Positions 43,037 to 51,415 of a DNA stretch of 51,497 nucleotides are shown here, piece by piece. Source of the stretch: Candidatus Kaiserbacteria bacterium (lineage in GTDB: Bacteria; Patescibacteriota; Minisyncoccia; Phycocordibacterales; UBA2100); assembly GCA_016214605.1 (NCBI GenBank), contig JACROD010000014.1, positions 107,074-158,570 on the forward strand. The letters run 5' to 3'. The notes under the pieces were generated by a model. The model did no database searches. It was not told the origin of the DNA and worked only from the letters and a program-made list of their open reading frames with translations. Both the position numbers and the translations under genes were made by a program. Each line of letters opens with the position of its first letter. Positions within the stretch are counted from its first letter, which is position 1.

Positions 43037-44616
43037 GGTGAGGGGAGTGAAATAGAACTGAAACCGTGCGCCTACAAGGAGTCGGAGCGGGCATTTATGT
43101 CCGTCACGGCGTGCCTATTGAAGAATGAGCCAACGAGTTGATGCGTACGGCGCGGCTAAGCCCTTTCGGGTGGAGCCATAGCGAAAGCGAGTGTGAATAG
43201 CGCGTTTGTCGTACGTATCAGACCCGAAGCCAGGTGAGCTACCCATGAGCAGGATGAAGTTTGTAGAGATACAGATGGAGGTCCGAACCCATAGATTGTG
43301 CAACATCTCGGGATGACTTGTGGGTTGGAGTGAAAAGCTTATCGAACCTGGTAATAGCTGGTTCTCTCCGAAAGAGCTTTCGGGCTTGCGTCGTGCGTTC
43401 CCTCTGGGGGTAGAGCACTGGAAGGTGTCGATAGGTCGCAAGACCACGACTCCTATCAAACTCCGAATACCAGAGGCCAGAGCACGGCAGTTAGACTACG
43501 GGGGCGAAGCTCCGTTGGTCAAAAGGGAAACAGCCCTAGATCGCCAGTTAAGGTCCCAAAATATATGCTAAGTGAACTTAAGGAGGTGAGATTTCTTAGA
43601 CAGTGAGGAGGTTGGCTTAGAAGCAGCCATCCTTTAAAGAAAGCGTAACAGCTCACTCACTCAGAGATCTTGCGCCACAAATGATCGGGTCTAAGCATAT
43701 TACCGAAGCTGCGGATTCGTGTACTTCATTGAGGATACAACTTCGATTGTATTCTCAATGAAGTACACGAGTGGTAGGAGAGCGTTCTGCACTGCGATGA
43801 AGTCCAAGGGGTGACCCACGATGGAGCGTGTAGAAGTGAAAATGTTGGCACGAGTAACCGCAATGCGAGTGAGATTCTCGCACGCCGAAAGAACAAGGTT
43901 TCCTTCGCAATGGAGATCATCGAAGGGTTAGTCGGGCCTAAGCCGATGGCGAACGCCGGAGGCGATGGACACATGGTTAATATTCCATGACCCGGCACTG
44001 ATGCGATGGAGGGACGGAATGCTGTACTGTACGCCCATTATTGGATTTGAGGTTCATGCCGTGAGGACTAGCGATAGGAAAATCCGTCGCGATATGTCCG
44101 AGCGGAGTGGAAATGAGGAGGCCTCGGCCGAATCAGATGTACAGGAGCGCGTTTTCAAGAAAAACTTCTAAGCATAATCAGTGTTGGACCGTACCGCAAA
44201 CCGACACAGGTGTTCAGGGCGAGTAGCCCAAGGCGAACGAGTGAGAGGTCCCCAAGGAACTCGGCAAAAAAGCGACCGTAACTTCGGGATAAGGTCTGCT
44301 CCTCTTTGAGGAGCCGCAGCTAAAGTTTCCCAACCAACTGTTTACCAAAAACACAGCTCCCTGCAAACTCGTAAGAGGAAGTATAGGGGGTGATGCCTGA
44401 CCAATGCCGGAAGGTCAAGTATGGGGGGTGTGCGCATCACATTGCATGTGATATGAGTTCACAGAAAACAGTTTACAGTTTACAGAAAATGCGACATCGC
44501 ATCCTTCTGTTTACTGTACACTGTCAACTGTAAACTACATCGCGCGCAGCGTGATGTGCATGCTGATCTATATAAGCCCCGGTCAATGTCGGCGATAACT
44601 ATAATCGTCCTAAGGT

Positions 44617-45179
44617 TCTGCTTCTCTCGCAAGAGGGAAGTGGAAGGACTGGGACGATTACCAGTTAGTAAAATTGGTACACAATACAAAATACCTAAAG
44701 TTGCCTCGTCACGCAGTAATGCATGACTGGTCCTAGAAAATAATACATGGCTATATGCTGGGAAGTTTGCGAAAGCAAACGATCAGCAGGGAAGACTCGG
44801 TACCACTTTGTCCTCAACGAAAAGTGGAGATAAGCATCATGAAAGTGCAGATAGGTTCGTCCAGCTCTGTCGAAATGACGTCTGATGAAGCAGCGCATGC
44901 AATGAAGGAGCATTTCGCAGCGCATGGAGTAATCCTCGAATACGTACGCATCGACGAAGATGGAGAAGTCCAATTCAAGATGCCCACGGGTTTCAAGGTT
45001 GTTCTTCGGCCAGGATTCGGCGGAGAGCACGAAATTCTATTGTGCTAGATAGAAAGTTCTTTAGTTTCAATATCTCCGGACATTGAGGCTAAAGTGGTGC
45101 CGAGAACCCTCAGAGACTACACGCCGTGCTCCCACGAAAGTGGGATGAAGATATAGTCCAAGACTTTAAAGGAGGTCAG
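44617..45179 (+). mobile_element. Group I intron at the 23S L1931-equivalent site
   Basis: Exon sequence ...cgtcctaaggt | agcgaaattccttgtc... is contiguous in E. coli. The 5' exon ends in U and the intron ends in G. Core motif gaagatatagtcc is present. Helix 44796-44809/45091-45104 closes the ORF loop. Confidence 0.8.
44839..45048 (+). CDS. Intron-encoded small ORF (69 aa) without a recognisable homing-endonuclease motif
   Basis: ggag lies 8 nt upstream of the ATG. MKVQIGSSSSVEMTSDEAAHAMKEHFAAHGVILEYVRIDEDGEVQFKMPTGFKVVLRPGFGGEHEILLC. Sits in a peripheral loop of the intron. Confidence 0.35.
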   Translation: MKVQIGSSSSVEMTSDEAAHAMKEHFAAHGVILEYVRIDEDGEVQFKMPTGFKVVLRPGFGGEHEILLC

Positions 45180-45902
45180 AGCGAAATTCCTTGTCTGGTA
45201 AGTTCAGACGCGCACGAATGGTATAATGAGTTGGGAACTGTCTCGGGGACTTGCTCGGTGAAAATACAAGGGCGGTGAAGATGCCGCCTTCCTGCAGCTA
45301 GACGAAAAGACCCCAGAAGCTTTACTGCAGCTTGATATTGGGGATACGGGTGCGATGCGTAGCATAGATGGGAGACTTTGAAGCCATGGCTTTGGTTGTG
45401 GTGGAGTCGCCAGTGCAATACCATCCTTCGTTTCTGTATCTTCTAACTTCTAGGGAGAAACCCTAGAAAGACAGTATCTGGTGGGCAGTTTGGGTGGGGC
45501 GCTCTCCTCCTAAAAAGTAACGGAGGAGCCTAAAGGTCAGCTAGGCGCGAATGGAAACCGTGCCGATAGTGTAATGGCACAAGCTGGCTTAACTGCGAGG
45601 CGTACTTGCCGAGCAGGCGCGAAAGCGGAGCATAGTGAACCGACCATTCGCATTAGATGCGGTGGAAGATTATCGGACAAAAGTTACTCTGGGGATAACA
45701 GGCTGGTTTCGCCTAAGAGTCCAAATCGACGGCGAAGTTCGGCACCTCGATGTCGGCTCATCTTATCCTGGGGCTGGAGAAGGTCCCAAGGGTTTGGCTG
45801 TTCGCCAATTAAAAAGGTACGTGAGCTGGGTTCAAACCGTCGTGAGACAGGTTGGTCTTAATCTGCTGCAGGCGTTGATTCTTGAGGAGATTTGTTTCTA
45901 GT

Positions 45903-46690
45903 AAAGTATTGCTACTTCAGGGAGAGATCCCTGATGACAATGCGGCTTATAACGGTGAAGTCTAATTCGCTTCCGATCCGAGAGTTTTATGCACGCTGGT
46001 CCGTGGCATAGAGCTCGCTTGAGGACCGGGTAAGTGATATGATAATACCGTGGGAAGTCGATCTAATGTTGATACAGCTTACATCGCGGGATTTCTTGAT
46101 GGTGATGGCAGTGTGATGTTGCAAGTAAAGTTGCGAGCCGACACAAAACGCGGCGCGCGATTTATGGCAACCATCTGCTTCTATCAGGATACCCGCCATG
46201 AGAAACCTCTCTTGTGGATACACAAACAATTGAAAGTCGGTTATGTCTCGCGTAGAAACGACGGCATGACCGAGCTGAGGATCAATGGATTCGCTCAAGT
46301 GCGGGAAATTCTTTCCGAACTAAAGCCATTCATCCGATTCAAAGCCAAGCAAACGGACGCGCTTATCAAAGCGTGTGCCTTGCTTGAAAGTAAATCAATC
46401 AGTTTGTTGTCAAAACAAGAGCTTCGGAAATTGGTAGATCTCGTCTTCGTGATACGAAACGAGAATTATGCAAGCCGAAGTACAGTGACTAAAGAAGAGT
46501 TGGATACAAGATTAGGTTTGACCCCGTAACGACTGTACACTCAGTGTACGACTCATGTGTAGAGGAATCAGTTCTTGCAACTGACTGCTCATATGGGTAA
46601 GATGCCGCGATCCTAATCCGCACAATCAGTTTTTGTTGCGCGGAAAGGATCAAGATATAGTCTGCGCTCCATGAAAGTGGGGAATGTGCG
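45903..46690 (+). mobile_element. Group I intron inside the sarcin-ricin loop of 23S rRNA
   Basis: Exons read ...gtttctagt | acgagaggaccgaaat..., i.e. AGU|ACGAGAGGACC. The 5' exon ends in U and the intron ends in G (46690). Core motif aagatatagtc at 46652-46662. Confidence 0.8.
46050..46529 (+). CDS. LAGLIDADG homing endonuclease, single-motif (homodimer-type), intron-encoded
   Basis: YIAGFLDGDGSVML motif near the N-terminus. 159 aa. GTG start. Confidence 0.85.
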   Translation: MGSRSNVDTAYIAGFLDGDGSVMLQVKLRADTKRGARFMATICFYQDTRHEKPLLWIHKQLKVGYVSRRNDGMTELRINGFAQVREILSELKPFIRFKAKQTDALIKACALLESKSISLLSKQELRKLVDLVFVIRNENYASRSTVTKEELDTRLGLTP

Positions 46691-46769
46691 ACGAGAGGAC
46701 CGAAATGAACTGACCTCTGGTCTGGGGGCTGTCACGCCAGTGGCACCGCCCCGTAGCTATGTCGGGAAA

Positions 46770-46802
<33 letters not shown>

Positions 46803-47051
46803 AACTCCAAGATAAGGAATCGTTTGAGGGCCGTGGGAGATGATCACGTTGATAGGCACTAGGTGGAAGCACAGCGATGTGTTGAGCCGAGGTGTACTAA
46901 TCCCCCGACAGAACTCTCGAAAGGAATTGTGAGAGTCGCGTAACGCTAAAGTTTGAATTTAATTCTTGCCTCGCCGAAGTCCGCAAGGACATAGGCGGGT
47001 TGTATATCGTTGTTCAGGTCATAAGCAGCAGAGAGATCATTTGAGCTCTCT

Positions 47052-47160
47052 GTGTTGGTGCTTCGTCGGAGGGGGTACACCCGTTCTCATTCCGAACACG
47101 GCAGTTAAGCCCTCCAGAGCCGATGGTAGTCGCAAGGCAAGAGTAGGTAGGCGCCAACAC
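47052..47160 (+). rRNA. rrf: 5S ribosomal RNA
   Basis: Helix I gtgttggtgc/gcgccaacac, ...ccgttctcattccgaacacggcagttaagc..., ...ccgatggtagt... Flanked by the processing stem gagctctctg/cagagagctc. Confidence 0.93.
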
Positions 47161-47175
47161 AGAGAGCTCAAATAC

Positions 47176-47228
47176 AAAACACCTCGTGAGATAGACAAAA
47201 ACTGTCACCTCACGAGGTGTTTTTGTTT
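47176..47228 (+). terminator. Terminator of the rRNA operon
   Basis: aaaacacctcgtgag ... ctcacgaggtgtttt followed by tgttt. Confidence 0.75.
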
Positions 47229-47262
47229 GGTGTCAATACAATCTCTGAGGTACAATCACCAT

Positions 47263-48045
47263 ATGTCATGGGCATCTCGACGTCGCGCTTTGTATATCAC
47301 TAGTATCTTCCTGTTTTTCTTTATCCTGATCGGTACGCCGATCGCGTACAAGATACTGAGTGTTCCCGAGACGTGCTTTGACGGTATCCAAAATCAGACA
47401 GAGACGGCGGTCGATAAGGGCGGTCCGTGCCTGCTTGTCGATGAACGCTACCTGCAACCGCATGCGATCATGTGGGCGCGCGGATTTCGGGTACGCGACG
47501 GCACCTATAACGCCGTCGCGTATATCCAAAATCCCAACGAAGGTGCGGGTGTCGAATCGGTGCCGTATCACTTCAAAATGTACGATGCGGATAACATCCT
47601 GGTCGCCGAACGCACCGGTACGATGTACATCATGCCGGGAGGCATCACGCCGGTCATTGAGTCGCGGATCGACACCGGTTATCGTATCGTCGCACATACC
47701 TATTTCGAATTCACTGCGCCGCTTGTATGGAAGCGTATGAAGAACAGGTCGACCGCGATCACTATCAACAACAAAGAAGTAATGCTGCGCGATGATCTCC
47801 CTCAGGTGACCGTGACCGCGCGCAATGAGTCTGTCGACACCCTCAACAAGGTCTCATTCGTAGCGGTGGTCTTCGACTCGGACGGCAATGCTTTTCAGGC
47901 TTCTGCGACGGCGATCGACCAGTTTGTCCCTGCGACCACGGAGAATCTCGTATTTACCTGGCCAGACCCGTTCACTTCTTCTATTGGTCGTGTTGATATA
48001 TTACCCGTCGTACCGCCGGTGCTTGCACCCGTGTCGGTGAAATGA
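47263..48045 (+). CDS. Hypothetical membrane-anchored protein (260 aa)
   Basis: Start trimmed to ATG 47263 because the longer ORF runs through the 5S gene and the terminator. TM segment ALYITSIFLFFFILIGTPIAY. tacaat -10 box upstream. Confidence 0.6.
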   Translation: MSWASRRRALYITSIFLFFFILIGTPIAYKILSVPETCFDGIQNQTETAVDKGGPCLLVDERYLQPHAIMWARGFRVRDGTYNAVAYIQNPNEGAGVESVPYHFKMYDADNILVAERTGTMYIMPGGITPVIESRIDTGYRIVAHTYFEFTAPLVWKRMKNRSTAITINNKEVMLRDDLPQVTVTARNESVDTLNKVSFVAVVFDSDGNAFQASATAIDQFVPATTENLVFTWPDPFTSSIGRVDILPVVPPVLAPVSVK

Positions 48046-48052
48046 CGCCGAT

Positions 48053-49207
48053 ATGGTCTCGCGTCTTGCCAAAAGTACCGCCTCATCCGCTCGATGGTTC
48101 CTCCATATCGATTGGTTCCTTTTTGGTGCGGCGTTCGTCATTTCTATTCTCGGGCTGATGACCATGCGTTCGTTCTCAGTCGAGAATTCTTTTTTCGATA
48201 AACAGCTCATCTGGATCGCTTTGGCAGTCGGCCTGTTCTTTGTCGTGAGTTTTGGGGACTACGGCTTCTTGCGTCGCACGAGGATCATTGTAAGTCTCTA
48301 TATGGTGGTGCTCGCACTGCTCATGCTCATCTTTGCCTTTGGGGCGATCGTGAAGGGCTCTCAAAATCGTTTCGATCTCGGATTCTTTGCGGTACAACCG
48401 TCCGACCCCGCCAAGCTCATACTCGTCGCCCTGCTCGCCAAATATTTCGCGCGCCGTCATATCGAGATCGCTCATATCCGGCATATCCTCGTCTCGGGCG
48501 TGTATGCCTTTGCGGTATTCGCACTTGTTTTTCTTCAGCCGGATTTTGGGTCCGGCATCATCATTGCTTCCATATGGCTTGGCATGGTCTTGGTCGCCGG
48601 AATCTCCTGGCGGCATTTGGCAGTGCTCGGGATCACCGCCACGATCGTGCTCACGGGCCTTTGGCAATTCGCTCTACACCCGTATCAGAAACAGCGTGTG
48701 CTCACCTTCATACATCCGCTTGCCGATATTCGTGGGGCAGGGTACAACGCCTACCAATCGACGATCGCGGTCGGATCGGGCGAGGTCTTGGGCAAGGGAG
48801 TCGGCTACGGCACGCAGTCCAAGCTCCAATTCTTGCCCGAGTATCAGACCGACTTCATCTTTGCGGCATATGCCGAGGAGTGGGGTTTTGCGGGTGTGAT
48901 ACTGCTCCTCGGGCTTTTTTTCGTCTTGGTCGTGCGGATACTTCTTATCGCCGCGCATGGGCGGGACAATTTTGACACGCTTTTTGCCGCAGGTATCGCG
49001 ATCTACTTCGCAGCGCAGTTCATGGTGCATGTGGGTATGAATATCGGCCTCATGCCGATCACGGGGACGACCCTACCTTTCATGAGCTATGGCGGTTCGC
49101 ATCTGCTTACCGAATACTTGGCACTCGGCATGCTCATGAGTCTCCGCCGCCACGCCCGCCCCGCGCTCGGGGTGCGGGATAATACCGAGCTGGTGGGGGC
49201 GTTATAG
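48053..49207 (+). CDS. SEDS-family peptidoglycan polymerase (RodA/FtsW)
   Basis: About 10 TM segments. ...QSKLQFLPEYQTDFIFAAYAEEWGF... and ...LPFMSYGGSHLL... are SEDS signatures. Confidence 0.9.
   Translation: MVSRLAKSTASSARWFLHIDWFLFGAAFVISILGLMTMRSFSVENSFFDKQLIWIALAVGLFFVVSFGDYGFLRRTRIIVSLYMVVLALLMLIFAFGAIVKGSQNRFDLGFFAVQPSDPAKLILVALLAKYFARRHIEIAHIRHILVSGVYAFAVFALVFLQPDFGSGIIIASIWLGMVLVAGISWRHLAVLGITATIVLTGLWQFALHPYQKQRVLTFIHPLADIRGAGYNAYQSTIAVGSGEVLGKGVGYGTQSKLQFLPEYQTDFIFAAYAEEWGFAGVILLLGLFFVLVVRILLIAAHGRDNFDTLFAAGIAIYFAAQFMVHVGMNIGLMPITGTTLPFMSYGGSHLLTEYLALGMLMSLRRHARPALGVRDNTELVGAL
49172..49207 (+). repeat. Direct repeat copy 1: the last 11 codons plus stop of rodA/ftsW
   Basis: gtgcgggataataccgagctggtgggggcgttatag encodes VRDNTELVGAL*. 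Confidence 0.9.
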
Positions 49208-49247
49208 TGAAATATCGAATTATTCCTTCGTTGCTTTGGGCAGGGCC

Positions 49248-49277
49248 TTGACGAGTTTATGCAAAAGTATATACTTT
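49248..49277 (+). promoter_or_regulatory. Promoter plus palindromic operator of the dinJ-yafQ-like operon
   Basis: ttgacg (49248-49253), 16-nt spacer, tatact (49270-49275). Perfect palindrome aaagtat|atacttt (49264-49277). The ATG lies 7 nt after the -10 box. Confidence 0.5.
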
Positions 49278-49282
49278 GGTAT

Positions 49283-49558
49283 ATGAACACGAAGACAACC
49301 ATTCTTATCAAGACTGATAAAAAGATCAAAGTTGCCGCACAAAAGGCAGCAAAGGACATCGGCATACCCTTGAGCACGGTGTTGGGAATGTACTTGCGTA
49401 AATTCGCCCATGAGCGCCGCATCGAATTTGAAGCGTCCTTGGTACCGAATGCAAAAACAATCCAAGCAATTAAAAAATCGCAAAAGGAATATGAGCGCGG
49501 CGGATATACAGGGCCGTTCTCCAATCTCGAAGATCTCCACAAGGCCCTTAGTACATAA
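49283..49558 (+). CDS. RelB/DinJ-family antitoxin
   Basis: TTILIKTDKKIKVAAQKAAKDIGIPLSTVLGMYLRKFAHE is an RHH-type DinJ pattern. The ORF opens at 49259; the leaderless ATG 49283 is preferred. Confidence 0.7.
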   Translation: MNTKTTILIKTDKKIKVAAQKAAKDIGIPLSTVLGMYLRKFAHERRIEFEASLVPNAKTIQAIKKSQKEYERGGYTGPFSNLEDLHKALST

Positions 49559-49561
49559 GGT

Positions 49562-49825
49562 ATGCAATTCGTTTTCTCACGCCTTTACAAGAGGCAATTC
49601 AAGAAGCTACCCCTTGATTTGCAAGTGAAAGTGATGATACGGCTCGATCTTTTTATGCAAGACGAGACGCATCCACTGCTTGATAATCACCAACTCCGTT
49701 TTGAATGGCAAGGATATCGAAGTATGAATATTACCGGTGATTATCGTGTGATATTCAAGAAAGAATCAGATGATATGGTACGTCTGGAACAAGTCGGTAC
49801 GCATCATGAATTGTATGGATCGTAA
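49562..49825 (+). CDS. RelE/YafQ-family mRNA interferase toxin
   Basis: FKKLPLDLQ...PLLDNHQLRFEWQGYRSMNITGDYRVIFKKESDDMVRLEQVGTHHELYG. Confidence 0.8.
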   Translation: MQFVFSRLYKRQFKKLPLDLQVKVMIRLDLFMQDETHPLLDNHQLRFEWQGYRSMNITGDYRVIFKKESDDMVRLEQVGTHHELYGS

Positions 49826-49884
49826 GGTTGGTGTTTGCAAAACCTCATTCAACTGTATAGCCCCACGATTCGTTCGATCATTGG

Positions 49885-49920
49885 GTAAGGGATAATACCG
49901 AGCTCGTGGGGGCGCTGTAA
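49885..49920 (+). repeat. Direct repeat copy 2: a detached, synonymously diverged copy of the rodA/ftsW 3' end
   Basis: gtaagggataataccgagctcgtgggggcgctgtaa also encodes VRDNTELVGAL*. It differs from copy 1 only at synonymous positions and in the stop codon. Confidence 0.9.
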
Positions 49921-49946
49921 TATTCCCCATAAACACACAAATATAC

Positions 49947-50210
49947 GTGATATTTATATTGCATATGTTTAATGACTCTGTGAATCAACGAGGAGTTACA
50001 AGTATTGTATTGATAGTCTGGTTACTCATTTTATTGTTCATAGGAGGAAGTGTATGGTGGTTGCAGAACAAGCAGTCGAATGTGACACCGACATCGTCTA
50101 CCTCTACTTCTAAATTGTCAGCGACACAGCAATACACAAACGCTGAGATTCAAACGACACACAACAACCCGCAAAGGATAATCAGTCAGAGGCGCAATCA
50201 CGACTTATAG
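49947..50210 (+). CDS. Hypothetical membrane-anchored protein fragment (87 aa); possibly the N-terminal part of a frameshifted gene
   Basis: TM segment VTSIVLIVWLLILLFIGGSVWW followed by a Ser/Thr linker. The reading frame of the next ORF is already open from 50147. Confidence 0.4.
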   Translation: MIFILHMFNDSVNQRGVTSIVLIVWLLILLFIGGSVWWLQNKQSNVTPTSSTSTSKLSATQQYTNAEIQTTHNNPQRIISQRRNHDL

Positions 50211-50239
50211 CAGATCTTTCGAACGTCACCCCGCAGTTT

Positions 50240-51412
50240 GTGGAATATAAAGAAGGAACCGATGGCAAGCAACCACTCTCTCCTGCTCTAGAGAAGATCA
50301 ACCAAGATATGGCGTCCATCCTTATTCCTAAAGAGCATGCTGACTCGTGGGATGTTACCTTGGGGGCGGTTGGTAAAAGATATGTCGTGGTAACTATAGC
50401 TAGACCTACTGGCGCAGGATCTTCAGATCAAATCCTTGATTCAGTCACTTTGAAATCAAACTATGTAGATGGACTATTCCAATTTGTGGTTGGTAAGACT
50501 GCCGTATATGTGAGTGGCACGGACATCTGCGCATATACACTTGATCAGCCATCATGTGTTGCGTTACCAGGAGCCAAACTTTCGGGGGATGAGGTGTATG
50601 GAGATGCTGGCGGACTTGCTGGTTACTTTGAGCCACAAGGTTTAACACATACAAATACGACACTCACCATTGATATTCTCAAGTGGGTGCCTGACCAAGA
50701 GACGGGTTATTCCAAGCTCCAGAAAGCACGGGATGTAATGTTGAAACTACCGGCATCAAAGCTAGAAGTTTCATTGTCTACGCTACCTGAGAAATGCCAA
50801 AATACAGGGGACAACGATCCGGTTTCCATCGATTCTAAAATCACTTCGCAAGACGGTTTAGTTGTTGGTTATAGTGGACAGAATACAATTTGCATTATTG
50901 ATACAGTAGCAGGTAATGTTGAATACTATCGACTCTCGGGTGCAGGAGCGATCTCTATTTCGCGTGATGGATCAAAGATTTTTTACAATTACCCAGCTTA
51001 CTTCAAGGATGATGCGAGCGGTCCTCCTGACCCTGAAGCGGGATTACATAAAATAGAAAGATCGACCGGCAAAGATACCTTCGTCACGAAGGGAATGTAT
51101 GTCTTATGGGATGGTATCGATGGAAACAAGCATGGGCCCATTTTGTTATCCGGTTTCAGTGATCGTCACTCCCCGCAGATTATTGACGTGCCTCATCGGT
51201 TGCTCGTTGACGTTGAAGGATTCTTCAGTAAGAACGAAGTGCAGATTGTTGTTCGGCGATTACCTCAAGGTACAGGTGCTTGGGATTATTTGGCCGAAAG
51301 TGATATTGAAAAATTACCTATACTCGCAAAAACGAATGTTGTCGAACCGGCGTTTTTTGATTCCCCATACCTCGATGCTTTGCATCGGTCCACTCGCAAG
51401 ATACTCTGTTGA
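50240..51412 (+). CDS. Hypothetical extracytoplasmic protein (390 aa); the start is uncertain
   Basis: Long ORF with a GTG start in the track. No ATG or SD at its beginning. No family recognised. Confidence 0.55.
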   Translation: MEYKEGTDGKQPLSPALEKINQDMASILIPKEHADSWDVTLGAVGKRYVVVTIARPTGAGSSDQILDSVTLKSNYVDGLFQFVVGKTAVYVSGTDICAYTLDQPSCVALPGAKLSGDEVYGDAGGLAGYFEPQGLTHTNTTLTIDILKWVPDQETGYSKLQKARDVMLKLPASKLEVSLSTLPEKCQNTGDNDPVSIDSKITSQDGLVVGYSGQNTICIIDTVAGNVEYYRLSGAGAISISRDGSKIFYNYPAYFKDDASGPPDPEAGLHKIERSTGKDTFVTKGMYVLWDGIDGNKHGPILLSGFSDRHSPQIIDVPHRLLVDVEGFFSKNEVQIVVRRLPQGTGAWDYLAESDIEKLPILAKTNVVEPAFFDSPYLDALHRSTRKILC

Positions 51413-51415
51413 GTA

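Noticed and set aside
43115-45901. Several 60-115-aa ORFs within the 23S gene (for example 43115-43459, 43726-43998, 44695-45030, 45574-45861).
   Set aside because: They lie in sequence collinear with conserved 23S rRNA. Only 44839-45048 (in an intron loop, with an SD) and the LAGLIDADG ORF were kept.
46966-47262. The N-terminal 99 codons of ORF 46966-48045.
   Set aside because: This part reads through the 5S rRNA gene and the operon terminator. The CDS was trimmed to ATG 47263.
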